A DNA stretch of 64,000 bases from Pyrinomonadaceae bacterium (GCA_030841085.1 JAVEDP010000007.1:15129-79128), one strand, 5' to 3'. Shown: positions 1-9,831, counted from the first letter of the stretch. Numbers and translations: made by a program. The notes: generated from the sequence alone by a model not told the origin.

Positions 1-162
1 GCCGCGCTGCTTCACCAGGGGTTTGGCAGCAACAGGCCGAGGCGTTTCGATCTTCACGGCATTCGCGAAATCAAAATTGTCGACACGGTACGATCCGCTT
101 TGTGCGAATGCTGATAACGCCGAAAGCAAGATGACGGAGAGTGCCAGGGGGAAATTTTTCAT
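1..162 (-). CDS. Secreted protein, N-terminus only (runs off window edge)
   Basis: My translation from ATG at 162: MKNFPLALSVILLSALSAFAQSGSYRVDNFDFANAVKIETP...; signal-peptide-like, open to position 1; absent from ORF track. Confidence 0.7.
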   Translation of the reverse strand, partial: MKNFPLALSVILLSALSAFAQSGSYRVDNFDFANAVKIETPRPVAAKPLVKQRG

Positions 163-542
163 AGGGGAATTCGCGCGGCTATTTCAGATTAAGATCAAGG
201 AAAATTCGGTGAGATTGTTAGCGGGCAAAAACCAGATAGCGCCGGCCCACAACTAAGGCCGAAACGATAGTAACACACAGTTAAACGATTGCCAACACTG
301 CTGAAAGACAACGGAATCTTCAGTAATTTCGCGGTTTAATTGAAGGGCCGTTAGCGGTCGAGCAAAAGAACTGATGGGACAGGGGAGGCAATTTCCCGGG
401 GTGCAAGGGGTCTTGCATAATCTGAAATCGGTGGTTTTCGAAGCGACCTGGACATCTTCGCTGGCGTTAGTATGATACGCGCGCTCTTACCAAATCTGGT
501 TAGTGAATCCGCGCGCTTGTCGCGCCTCACAACGAGGAACAA

Positions 543-890
543 ATGAAAAAAATACTTTCGACGATTTTGTCGCTGCTTGTTGTTTCTGCAATCGCGACCG
601 CGGCGCAAAACTCCAACAGCTCCACGACTACGAATACATCAACCACAAAAACCGCGAAGAAGCGCGCTCCGATCTTTCGCGCGAATAAAGATCAGATCAA
701 ACAAGCGCAGGCGATTCTGAAGACGCGTGGTTTTTATGCGGGCGAGCAGACTGGCAAGCTCGATGCCGATACGCGGGCCGGCTTGAAAAAATATCAAGCT
801 GCGGAAACTCTTAAGGTGACGGGGACGCTAAACAAGGTGACCCTGGAAAAGATGGGCGTGGCGTTAACTGACAAGCAGAAGGCTATGTGA
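543..890 (+). CDS. Secreted peptidoglycan-binding domain protein
   Basis: Signal peptide, Thr/Lys linker, PG_binding_1-like motif (QAQAILKTRGFY..G.LDADTRAGLKKYQ....LKVTG.LN); GAGGA upstream. Confidence 0.8.
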   Translation: MKKILSTILSLLVVSAIATAAQNSNSSTTTNTSTTKTAKKRAPIFRANKDQIKQAQAILKTRGFYAGEQTGKLDADTRAGLKKYQAAETLKVTGTLNKVTLEKMGVALTDKQKAM

Positions 891-1029
891 CAGATGCGAG
901 GGGGAACGGGGCGTGGCTGTGAGTGGCAGCGCCCCGGAAAGCAAAGGCGCGAGCGCGTTTACTCCCATAAACGCGGCTCGCGCTTTTGTTATTTTCGTTG
1001 TCAAACGAGATGACTCATCCGTAAGAATC

Positions 1030-1133
1030 TATCCGCAGATTACGCAGATTTCACAGATTGGGAAACAAGAGCAAGCGGCCAACCTGCCTGATCGCTCTTT
1101 CGGAATCTGTGAAATCTGCGCAATCTGCGGATA
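1030..1133. repeat. Inverted element built of 9-nt units (CCGCAGATT ACGCAGATT TCACAGATT ... AATCTGTGA AATCTGCGC AATCTGCGG)
   Basis: Read directly; related copy at 43311-43443. Confidence 0.9.
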
Positions 1134-1139
1134 AGTTTT

Positions 1140-3932
1140 CTAACCCAGGATCTTTTCGACGATTGCGTAACTGGCTTCGAGCGCTTCGCTTAATTTTTCC
1201 GGCTGCGCCCCACCGCCTTCGGCCATGTCCGCTTTGCCGCCGCCTTTGCCGCCAACGATCGGAGCAAGCTCCTTAATTACTTTGCCTGCAGGAACCTTGC
1301 TGGTTAGATCGTTGGAAGTGCGCACGATTAGGGAAACTTTTCCTTCGCTGCTGCGGCCGAGCACGACCACGCCGGATTTTATTCGCGCCAGCAAAGTGTC
1401 GGAAAGTTGGCGCATGCCGGCGGCGTCGAGGCCACTGGCTTCGCGCGCCAGCACCTTTACGCCATTAACATCTCGCGCTTCATCGCCGTTCGCGGATGAA
1501 CCGCCAACCGCGCCGGTCGCAATCTTCATGCGCAGCTCGTCGGCTTCGCGGCGCGCCTTCTTTAGTTCGTCCTGTAACTTGCTTATAACCGCCGGCAATT
1601 CCGCGCGCGAAGTTTTCAAGCCACTGGCTGCTTGATCGATTAGCAGTTCGTCTTCGCGAAATCGTTCGTACGCATCGACGCCGGTGATGGCGCGAATGCG
1701 ACGCACGCCGGAAGCGATCGATTCGTCGCTGGTAATCTTGAACAAGCCGATGTCGCCGGTCGCGCGCACGTGCGTGCCGCCGCACAGCTCGCGGGAAAAT
1801 ATGTCTTCGTCGCCGCCGGCCCCTTTAATAGATAGCACGCGCACCTGCTCGCCATACTTCTCGCCAAACAGTGCCATCGCGCCCGAGCGCATGGCTTCTT
1901 CCGTGGCCATCTCGTCGGTTTGCACCGGTTCGTTTCTGAGAATGTGATAGTTGACCAAACGCTCAATCTCTTCAATCTCGTTCGGCGTCAACGGCTGATA
2001 ATGAGTGAAGTCGAAACGCAAATAGTTCGGCGCCACCACCGAACCGGCCTGCTTGACGTGCGTACCTAAAACTTCGCGCAGTGCCGCATGCATTAAGTGC
2101 GTCGCGGTGTGATTGCGCCGCGTCGCATCGCGCTTTTCAACGTCAACCTCGGCGGTCACAATGTCGCCGACTTTCAGCGTTCCTTTTTCAACTTTAACCT
2201 TATGAACAATCAAACCCTGAACAGGCGAATAGGTGTCGGTGACGACCGCGCTGAGATCAGTACGCCCCGCTGCAGTGAGGTCAGTACCGTCTGCGGATGG
2301 GTTCCTTAGTCTTCCAACATCGCCAACCTGACCACCGCTTTCGGCATAGAAGGGCGTCCTATCAAGAATGACCTCACCTTCATCGGCTTCCGGCATGTCG
2401 TCCAGTTCGCTATTCCCTTTTATCAGCGCTAGGACTTTTGCATTCTCTAGTCTAGTGGTTTCATAGCCTGAAAAGGCTATCGTACCGATACGTTGGGGGA
2501 GATCTAGAAAAATCTCTTTTCCAGACCAACTTCTCAAGCCTGACTGAGATTGAGTTTCGCGTGTCCTCTTGCTTGGAACGCCGTATGTTGTCTGACCCTG
2601 TATCTGCCGCATTGCGTCATCGAATTGCTCGTTGAATTCATCTTCTTCGGGAATATCCACTCCTCGCTCTTGAAGACTTACTCGAATCAAATCCCTCGGC
2701 ACTCCGTAGGTATCATTTAACGGGACTAGTTCTATGTATTCGGGCATCTCACCTTCATACGTTCTGGCTAACACCTCCTCTAGCTTGTGCAATCCGACGG
2801 TCAAGGTTGACCCAAAACGCACCTCTTCCAAACGCACCATCCGCTCGGTGAAATCGCGTTGCGTTTCCAGTTCTGGAAACGCTTCATGCATTTGATCAAC
2901 TACGAAGTTCGTTACCTTGTAGAAGAACAAATCATTAAGACCCAACGCATGACGTCCCTGGTAAATCGCGCGGCGCATGATCTTGCGCAGCACGTAATTC
3001 CGCCCTTCGTTGCCCGGCAGGATTCCGTCGGCGATTGAGAACGCGGTAGCACGGGCATGGTCTGCGATCACGCGCATGGCGAAACCCGATTGTGTTTCAG
3101 CTTCGTAATGACGATCGGCAAGCGTCGCGACGAAATCCACAATGTTCTTCAACAGATCAGTTTCGTAATTCGACTTGACGCCCTGCATGATCACCGCGGT
3201 GCGTTCCAGTCCTAAGCCCGTATCAACCGAAGGCTTCGGCAATGGCTCAAGCTTGTACTTACCGGCCTCAACTTCGATGCGGTTGTATTGCATGAAGACC
3301 AGATTCCAGATCTCCATCGTGGTGTCGCCCGGGCCGTTTACCAGATCGACCCTATTCTTTGTTGGATCCTCCGGATCGTCGCCGAGATAGTAATGAATCT
3401 CGCTGCAGGGCCCACATGGGCCAGTCTCGCCCATCTGCCAGAAATTATCCTTGCCGCTAAAGCGCAGGATTTTTTCCGGGGGCGCCCCAACTTGCGCCCA
3501 GAATCTTTCCGCATCCTCATCCGGACCAACCTGATCGTCGCCTTCGAAGACTGTGAACCAGAGACGCTTCGAATCCATCCCTAGTTCATTGACGAGAAAG
3601 TCCCAGGCAAACTTGATTGCGTCTTCTTTAAAGTAGTCGCCAAAAGAAAAGTTTCCGAGCATCTCGAAAAACGTCTGATGCCGCGCGGTCTTGCCCACTT
3701 CATCGAGATCGTTATGCTTGCCGCCCGCGCGCAGACATTTTTGCGACGAGCAGGCGCGCACATATTCGCGTTTCTCCTGGCCAAGAAATACATCCTTGAA
3801 TTGGTTCATGCCGGCGTTGGTGAAGAGCAACGTCGGATCGTTGGCAGGCAGCAAGGGAGACGAGCGCACGCGCGTATGGTCGTGACGCTCGAAGTACTGC
3901 AAAAACTTTTCGCGAATTTCGTTGCCAGTCAT
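1140..3932 (-). CDS. alaS: Alanine--tRNA ligase
   Basis: DPTLLFTNAGM, HQTFFEMLGNFSFGDYFK, editing motifs HTATH and ELCGGTH, C-terminal GGKGGG. Confidence 0.99.
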   Translation of the reverse strand: MTGNEIREKFLQYFERHDHTRVRSSPLLPANDPTLLFTNAGMNQFKDVFLGQEKREYVRACSSQKCLRAGGKHNDLDEVGKTARHQTFFEMLGNFSFGDYFKEDAIKFAWDFLVNELGMDSKRLWFTVFEGDDQVGPDEDAERFWAQVGAPPEKILRFSGKDNFWQMGETGPCGPCSEIHYYLGDDPEDPTKNRVDLVNGPGDTTMEIWNLVFMQYNRIEVEAGKYKLEPLPKPSVDTGLGLERTAVIMQGVKSNYETDLLKNIVDFVATLADRHYEAETQSGFAMRVIADHARATAFSIADGILPGNEGRNYVLRKIMRRAIYQGRHALGLNDLFFYKVTNFVVDQMHEAFPELETQRDFTERMVRLEEVRFGSTLTVGLHKLEEVLARTYEGEMPEYIELVPLNDTYGVPRDLIRVSLQERGVDIPEEDEFNEQFDDAMRQIQGQTTYGVPSKRTRETQSQSGLRSWSGKEIFLDLPQRIGTIAFSGYETTRLENAKVLALIKGNSELDDMPEADEGEVILDRTPFYAESGGQVGDVGRLRNPSADGTDLTAAGRTDLSAVVTDTYSPVQGLIVHKVKVEKGTLKVGDIVTAEVDVEKRDATRRNHTATHLMHAALREVLGTHVKQAGSVVAPNYLRFDFTHYQPLTPNEIEEIERLVNYHILRNEPVQTDEMATEEAMRSGAMALFGEKYGEQVRVLSIKGAGGDEDIFSRELCGGTHVRATGDIGLFKITSDESIASGVRRIRAITGVDAYERFREDELLIDQAASGLKTSRAELPAVISKLQDELKKARREADELRMKIATGAVGGSSANGDEARDVNGVKVLAREASGLDAAGMRQLSDTLLARIKSGVVVLGRSSEGKVSLIVRTSNDLTSKVPAGKVIKELAPIVGGKGGGKADMAEGGGAQPEKLSEALEASYAIVEKILG

Positions 3933-3935
3933 AAA

Positions 3936-4001
3936 TCAGAAGTCAGAAGTCAGAAGTCAGAAGTCAGAACAAACAACTGACAACTGGCTACGGACAACTG
4001 A
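3936..4001. repeat. Heptamer arrays (TCAGAAG)x5 and (CAACTGA)x4 in the alaS leader
   Basis: Read directly; the arms are complementary at the TCAG/CTGA core only. Confidence 0.9.
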
Positions 4002-4100
4002 CGAAGGTTGAGTTTAGCATGCGGTTTGAAGGTGAGCGAAACATGACGTAGTCAAATCAATTAAAGAGTGCCAATTGAAAAAACCTGGAAGCCGCGCTAA

Positions 4101-4234
4101 ACAAATACAGAACGGGGAGCGGTAGCGACCTGGTTCGAAGGACAGCCTACAACTGTGAAGAGAACGAGAATCCTTCGTTGGTCGACGCTCGCGCTCCTTG
4201 ACCCGGTCGCTACCGCTCCCGGTTCTGTCTTTGT
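4101..4234. repeat. REP-doublet/MITE-like element (CAGAAC.GGAGCGGTAGCGACC family)
   Basis: About 34-nt imperfect inverted arms; related copy at 48364-48481. Confidence 0.85.
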
Positions 4235-4291
4235 GTAATGTGAGATCGAGGGTACCCAGCCTTTACCATCTATGAACCCTCCGAAGGCCAA

Positions 4292-4828
4292 TCACTCATC
4301 GAGGTCAGTCCTTGAGATGCGACGTACCTTGTCGCTGACTAATTCAAACGCAAAGCCCTGGCGCAGCAAATGATCAAACAGACTTTTGGCTTCGAGACGC
4401 GTTTTCGGCTGGCCGCGCAAACGAATGCGCTTCTCAATGGCGCGATCTATCAGTTCTTCTTCCGGCGTTTCCGCATAGACCAAATTGAGCGCTTCGTCGG
4501 CGACTGCGCCCGGGACTTGTTTCATTTTCAAATCCTGCTGCAGACGGCGGCGGCCAATCGGGCGCTGCTTCACTTTCAACGATGCGTAGCTCACAGCGTA
4601 ACGCTCGTCGTCGAGGTAGCCATACTCCTTCAATCTTGCAATAACCTCATCAACAAGTTGGTCGGTAACGCCCTGGCGCTCCAAAAGCCGCTCGCGCAAT
4701 TCGGCGATTGAGCGCGGTTTGGCGGCGAGCAGTTTTGCCGCGCGTTGAAAGGTGCGGGAGCGAATTCGCTCGGGACTGGCGACGCTCGTCTCGTCCGGCT
4801 GTGTATTCTTCGTCGTTCGTCTGCGCAC
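4292..4828 (-). CDS. recX: Regulatory protein RecX
   Basis: LLAAKPRSIAELRERL, YGYLDDERYA, GRRRLQQDLKMK, HLLRQGF; start uncertain (GTG 4828 or 4846). Confidence 0.9.
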   Translation of the reverse strand: MRRRTTKNTQPDETSVASPERIRSRTFQRAAKLLAAKPRSIAELRERLLERQGVTDQLVDEVIARLKEYGYLDDERYAVSYASLKVKQRPIGRRRLQQDLKMKQVPGAVADEALNLVYAETPEEELIDRAIEKRIRLRGQPKTRLEAKSLFDHLLRQGFAFELVSDKVRRISRTDLDE

Positions 4829-4964
4829 AAAAGCATTTAAGCACAAAGCAAAGAGCGGGGGTAAACCACCCTTCCCAACCGCGAGCTGTTCAAGCTTTGC
4901 GGAACTGGCCCCGCTCTGTGGCCGCTACATCGCTAAACTTCCACCAGCAATCTACAATGCGTTT

Positions 4965-5912
4965 ATGGATGGCGCTTTGATTATCGACAAGCCCGTTGAT
5001 TTGACTTCGCATGACGTTGTTGCACGTGCGCGACATCTACTCAGGGAGAGGCGTGTGGGCCATACCGGGACGCTCGATCCATTTGCGACGGGCGTGCTGG
5101 TGCTACTCATCGGTCGCGCAACGCGGCTGGCCCAGTTTCTCAGCGGGCTTGAAAAGGAATACGAGGCGGTGATTCGGCTGGGATACGCAACTGACACGGG
5201 CGACGTAACTGGTAAACCCCTAGTCAATTCGGAAGCGCTCACCGTTCCGGCATCGGAAGTGAAATTCGGCGAGGCTGAGATAGAAGCGGCGCTGGCAAGC
5301 TTGCGTGGAGAAATCGATCAAGTGCCGCCGATGTATTCGGCGAAGAAGCAACAAGGTCGAAAACTTTACGAACTGGCGCGGCGCGGTGAGGAAGTTGAAA
5401 GACAACCCGTGCGCGTTGCGATCCGAAAGTTTGAAACGAATCGAGCGAAGGGCGGTTTGCTGAAGAACAATCTTGACGGCACGTACGATCTGGATGTGCT
5501 GGTCGCGTGCTCCGCCGGCACTTATGTGCGAACGCTGGCGGAAGATTTCGGCAAGCGTTTGGGCATCGGCGCGCACGTGGCGGAACTGCGGCGCACGCGC
5601 GTGGGCAGCTTCAAGATTGAAAGTGCGTCAAGTTTGGACCGGTTGCAAGAAAGTGTCGCCGAGGAGTCGCTCGGACGCGTGCTGCTGACGCCTGACGCAG
5701 TGCTTGAACACCTGCCTGCCATCGATTTATCAGATGACGATGTGCGAAAGACACGTAATGGCGTGAATATCTCAGTGCAACAAACAAGCTGGACCAACGG
5801 TGACCAAGTAAGGCTGCGTGATGAGCATGGCCACCTCATTGCCGTCGCAACATTTGAAGCGGAGAAGAGTTCATTGCGCCCACGCGTGGTGTTGGCCCAC
5901 AACGAAATATGA
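4965..5912 (+). CDS. truB: tRNA pseudouridine(55) synthase
   Basis: IIDKP..TSHDVV, GHTGTLDPFATGVL, PPMYSA, GTYVRTL; start moved to ATG 4965. Confidence 0.97.
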   Translation: MDGALIIDKPVDLTSHDVVARARHLLRERRVGHTGTLDPFATGVLVLLIGRATRLAQFLSGLEKEYEAVIRLGYATDTGDVTGKPLVNSEALTVPASEVKFGEAEIEAALASLRGEIDQVPPMYSAKKQQGRKLYELARRGEEVERQPVRVAIRKFETNRAKGGLLKNNLDGTYDLDVLVACSAGTYVRTLAEDFGKRLGIGAHVAELRRTRVGSFKIESASSLDRLQESVAEESLGRVLLTPDAVLEHLPAIDLSDDDVRKTRNGVNISVQQTSWTNGDQVRLRDEHGHLIAVATFEAEKSSLRPRVVLAHNEI

Positions 5913-6853
5913 AAAAGCGTTATTGGTTAGGCGCGGTATCGGCGTTAGCCGGCGCGGCAGTGGCGGCTAAACTCTGGCTGCGCCCGCCCGATGTCGAGTG
6001 GGATTCGAATCGCGAGGCTGTATTTAACGCCGACTACTCTCGCTTTGCGGAAGTTGATGGGGTGACAGTGCACTATCAGGAAGCAGGCGAGACAAACGCG
6101 CCGCCGCTGCTGCTGATTCACGGTTTTGCTTCATCGAATTTAGTTTGGAGCAAGGTTCTGCTGCCACTTGCGGAGGCCGGGTTCCGAGTTATCGCGCCGG
6201 ATCTTTTGGGCTATGGATATTCCGGGAAGCCACGGCAAATGGATTACACGATCGCTTCGCAGGCAAAGATGCTGATCGGTCTGATCGAGAAACTCAGCAT
6301 CGCCCGCGTTTGTTTAATCGGCAGTTCTTACGGCGGCGCAGTCGCGGCGACGATTGCGCTCGACCATCCCGAGCTGATTGAGAAATTGGTTTTGGTGGGC
6401 GCAGTCACAAATAACAAGCCGACGCGTTACTTGCTGATGCGACTGTTTGGCTCGCCAATTATCGGCGACATACTTTCGCCGTTGGTGGTTGGGTCGCGCC
6501 GCTTGCTGCGGATGCGCATGAAACGCGTCTACGACCGGCACGCGTGGGAGCTGGATGAAAGAAGAGTGCAGGCGCGACATTTGCCGTTAGCCACGCGCGG
6601 CACGCATCGCGCAATTATTCGCACCGTCCGTCGTTGGGACGCGGAGCGAATATCCCGCGACGCGCATTTGCTGGACCAACCGACGCTGATCGTTTGGGGC
6701 GATAAAGATCGCGAAGTGCCATTGGCGGATGGTGAACGATTGCAGCAAGAGATTGCGAATTCGCGTTTGTTTGTTTTTCAAGAGTGCGGCCACTTGCCGC
6801 ATGAAGAATATCCGGCGGAGTTTACGGAGCTGGTAGCGCAATTCTGCGCTTGA
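5909..6853 (+). CDS. Alpha/beta fold hydrolase
   Basis: HGF oxyanion motif, GSSYGG nucleophile elbow, GDKD, GHLPHEE. Confidence 0.9.
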   Translation: MKKRYWLGAVSALAGAAVAAKLWLRPPDVEWDSNREAVFNADYSRFAEVDGVTVHYQEAGETNAPPLLLIHGFASSNLVWSKVLLPLAEAGFRVIAPDLLGYGYSGKPRQMDYTIASQAKMLIGLIEKLSIARVCLIGSSYGGAVAATIALDHPELIEKLVLVGAVTNNKPTRYLLMRLFGSPIIGDILSPLVVGSRRLLRMRMKRVYDRHAWELDERRVQARHLPLATRGTHRAIIRTVRRWDAERISRDAHLLDQPTLIVWGDKDREVPLADGERLQQEIANSRLFVFQECGHLPHEEYPAEFTELVAQFCA

Positions 6854-6854
6854 A

Positions 6855-6957
6855 GTTTCAGGTTTCAAGTTTCAGGTTTCAAATTTCCGGAGCTTGTTAA
6901 GAAAGTAAAAATGCTAAGCAAACGTAAACCTGAAACTTGGAACCTGAAACTTGAAAC
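6855..6957. repeat. Inverted heptamer array pair (GTTTCAR / YTGAAAC)
   Basis: Fills the gap between two convergent stop codons. Confidence 0.92.
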
Positions 6958-8156
6958 TAACCCATGTTCAGCGCTTTGCCGACTGATGGATCGCGGCGGA
7001 CGCGCCAGATCTTCGAGTCGAGGTAATAATGAATAAATGCGTAGCCCCAGAGAAATGAAATGCCGAGCTGCATGGCAAATGATTGTTCGCTGTTCATTCC
7101 GGCGCCATTCTTCAAACCGACGTAGCCGAGCAACTGCCGCGGGCCTTGGTAAATAATTCCGAACAAGATTCCAAAGCCGATGTAGTAAAGCAATCGGCGG
7201 CTGATTAGTTCGGCCGCGCCATATTTTTCGCGGGGATGATTTGATTCTGCGGAAGCTGTTCGCGCTCCGCGCTCATTGCGGGCGGGACGCCCGCGATCCC
7301 AGTGTGCGGCGGGCGCGACGTCAGCGGGCCCAGTAGAAATGGTCGAGCTTCGCGTGTATTTCTGATTATGAAACCAAATGAGGCGATGATATTGCAGGTT
7401 GTGATAAATCGTAAGTATCGCAACTATCGCGATCGGCTTGTTTGGCATTGGTGTTAGCAAGACAATCCAATGCATTGGAATTGCCGCCGCCAGCAGCAGA
7501 TATTTCGGAACGTTGAGGGCGTCACCGGTCATTAACCGTTGTCCCTGTCTAACTAACCAGGCAACAAAAAGAATTATCGTTCCCGCCAGCAAAACTGTCG
7601 CGAGGCCGTTCACGCCGAATCGCAAAGAGGCCGGAACGCGCGTCATGGCCTGTGGATCGCGCGCGATGAAAGCGACGAAGGGATAGTTGAAAGCGAACAA
7701 AAGCAGGAGGCGGTCAAGCGCGTTATCTATAGGCGCGAGGTCGTTGTTCTTTTTCTTGTACAGCACCATGAAACCGTAGTGCTGCTTGACCAGATGGTAA
7801 TAAGCCCAGAGCGCCGCGAGAAAGAAAAATACCAGGCCCAGCCCCGCGAATACCATGATTGGACCAACCACAAAAAAAAGCAGCGAGCTCCACAACAAGC
7901 GCCCGCGGCTGCGGCGTTCTACGCGATCAAAATAGGTGCGCGAGAAAGTTCCAAAGACGTGTGGCGCATCGATCAGGATGGCCCACAGCGCCACCATCGG
8001 AATCAATGGCAGCACGCCGGCAACGTACAAAATGAGCAGAGCGTAACTGGAAGCAACGGAGCCGATGAACCAGACGAGATCGTCCCGCGCAGAGATGATC
8101 CAGCGTAGCGAGACGACTTCGGCACGGGCTTGAGGGAAAACTTCAGCAGTGGCCAA
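6957..8156 (-). CDS. Multi-pass membrane protein with His motifs, function unknown
   Basis: Many TM segments; PHVFGT, YHLVKQHYG, YHNLQYH, HYYLD motifs; likely TTG start at 8156 below a TGcTACAAT -10. Confidence 0.75.
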   Translation of the reverse strand: MATAEVFPQARAEVVSLRWIISARDDLVWFIGSVASSYALLILYVAGVLPLIPMVALWAILIDAPHVFGTFSRTYFDRVERRSRGRLLWSSLLFFVVGPIMVFAGLGLVFFFLAALWAYYHLVKQHYGFMVLYKKKNNDLAPIDNALDRLLLLFAFNYPFVAFIARDPQAMTRVPASLRFGVNGLATVLLAGTIILFVAWLVRQGQRLMTGDALNVPKYLLLAAAIPMHWIVLLTPMPNKPIAIVAILTIYHNLQYHRLIWFHNQKYTRSSTISTGPADVAPAAHWDRGRPARNERGARTASAESNHPREKYGAAELISRRLLYYIGFGILFGIIYQGPRQLLGYVGLKNGAGMNSEQSFAMQLGISFLWGYAFIHYYLDSKIWRVRRDPSVGKALNMG

Positions 8157-8252
8157 GGGGAAATAACCTAATGGAAATTCAGCGAGAGGGAGAGAATTGT
8201 AGCACCAGCCGAGGACGGCTGAAACATAACCTGCATAAAAAGTGAATCGAGC

Positions 8253-8393
8253 AGTCCGCACTTAGCGGACGGCTGACAATAGCCCAGCAGTTCACTGCTG
8301 GGATAATCGGAAGAAGGAAATTGAGTCCGTCGCGAATGGCTCTTTTCCCAGCGATAAATCGCTGGGCTATTGTCAGCCGTCTAAGCGCGGACT
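8253..8393. repeat. MITE/REP-like inverted element
   Basis: ACGGCTGACAATAGCCCAGC ... GCTGGGCTATTGTCAGCCGT arms with internal CCCAGC..GCTGGG hairpins. Confidence 0.85.
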
Positions 8394-8453
8394 CAGCGGA
8401 AACACTTTTTGTGCGAAGCTCGGAAGCATCGCCATCTGGTAAACTACGCCTCC

Positions 8454-8828
8454 ATGCCGAGGATAATTTGGATTGGGCTGGCAGGCTTCGCCGGAACACT
8501 CTTGCGCTACTGGTTGTCGGGCGCGGTTGCAAAGCGCTACGGCGAAACTTTTCCTTATGGAACGCTTGCCGTGAATGCGCTTGGCTGCCTGCTGGCCGGT
8601 GCGCTGTTCTATTTGATGTACGACCGTTTTCTAACCAGCCCAACCGTACGGAGCATGGTCTTCATTGGGCTATTGGGTGGATTCACAACTTTTTCCTCGT
8701 ATGGCCTGCAAACGTTTACGCTGTTGCGCGATGGCGAAGTATTGCTCGCGCTGGTTAACATCGCAGCGTCGAATATTGCCGGCTTGTTTCTTGTTTGGGT
8801 GGGCTATCGGTTGGCGGGGTTAATTTAA
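8454..8828 (+). CDS. crcB: Fluoride efflux channel Fluc/CrcB
   Basis: G..GTLLRY, FPYGTLAVN, GLLGGFTTFSSY. Confidence 0.96.
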   Translation: MPRIIWIGLAGFAGTLLRYWLSGAVAKRYGETFPYGTLAVNALGCLLAGALFYLMYDRFLTSPTVRSMVFIGLLGGFTTFSSYGLQTFTLLRDGEVLLALVNIAASNIAGLFLVWVGYRLAGLI

Positions 8829-9163
8829 TGAACATTCCGGAAGAAGGTTATCTGCTGCGCATCTTCGTGGGCGAAAGTGATCGCTGCGGACACCGTCCGC
8901 TTTATGAAGAGATCGTTTTGAAAGCTCGCGAAGCCGGACTGGCCGGCGCGACCGTGCTGCGTGGCGTGATGGGTTTCGGGCGCAACAGCATTCTGCACAC
9001 CGCAAAAATTCTGCGGCTATCCGAGGACTTGCCGATGGTGATTGAGATTGTTGACAGTCTCGAAAAAGTGAAAGCGTTTATGCCGCAACTCGATGAGATG
9101 ATTAAGGACGGTTTGGTGACGTTAGAAGAAGTGAAAGTGGTCCAGTACAAGCCATCCCGATAG
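8828..9163 (+). CDS. DUF190 family (PII-like) protein
   Basis: LLRIFVGESD, GLAGATVLRGVMGFG, LSEDLPMVIEIVD; overlaps the crcB stop. Confidence 0.9.
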   Translation: MNIPEEGYLLRIFVGESDRCGHRPLYEEIVLKAREAGLAGATVLRGVMGFGRNSILHTAKILRLSEDLPMVIEIVDSLEKVKAFMPQLDEMIKDGLVTLEEVKVVQYKPSR

Positions 9164-9180
9164 GAATTTTGTTAAGGCGA

Positions 9181-9831
9181 ATGTCTGACAACGATCCAAA
9201 ACCCTCAGCGCGGCAGTTTCAAGCGCATCCCTGGCATGGTCTGACGCCCGGCAATGACGCTCCGGAGATTGTCAATGCATACATCGAAATTGTCCCGACG
9301 GATGTGGTGAAGTATGAACTCGATAAGCAATCCGGACATCTGCACGTCGATCGCCCGCAAAGATTTTCGTCAATGTGCCCATCGCTCTACGGCTTTATCC
9401 CGCAGACTTTTTGCGGCGACGAAGTAGCGAGGCTTTCCGCCGAACGAACGGGAGCTTCCGACATTAAAGGCGACGGTGATCCGATGGACATTTGCGTGCT
9501 GACGGAGAAGACGTTTGCGCAAGGGAACTTCTTTTTGCGCGCCAAGCCGATCGGCGGACTGCGAATGATTGACGGCGAACAAGCCGACGACAAGATTATT
9601 TCCATCCTCGAGTCAGACCTGGCATACGGCCACATCCACGACATCAGCGAGTGTCCGAAAGCGCTGGTCGACCGGCTCAACCATTATTTTTTGAGTTACA
9701 AACAACTGCCCGGTGATGCGCCGCGAAGAGTAGAGATTGTTGATGTGTATGATCGTGAAGAGGCGCTCGACGTAATTCGTCGCAGTCTGATCGATTACAA
9801 GAGCAACTTTGCCGATTCTAATGTCCGATAA
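9181..9831 (+). CDS. ppa: Family I inorganic pyrophosphatase
   Basis: HPWH, KYELDK, YGFIPQT, DGDPMD, DDKII. Confidence 0.95.
   Translation: MSDNDPKPSARQFQAHPWHGLTPGNDAPEIVNAYIEIVPTDVVKYELDKQSGHLHVDRPQRFSSMCPSLYGFIPQTFCGDEVARLSAERTGASDIKGDGDPMDICVLTEKTFAQGNFFLRAKPIGGLRMIDGEQADDKIISILESDLAYGHIHDISECPKALVDRLNHYFLSYKQLPGDAPRRVEIVDVYDREEALDVIRRSLIDYKSNFADSNVR

Noticed and set aside
2340..2800. Diversity-generating retroelement targeting alaS
   Set aside because: No reverse transcriptase or template repeat in the window; it cannot be supported from this sequence.
8395..8453. Fluoride riboswitch before crcB
   Set aside because: The GGNGAUG..CC core is not present on the sense strand, and a -10 box sits 8 nt before the ATG.
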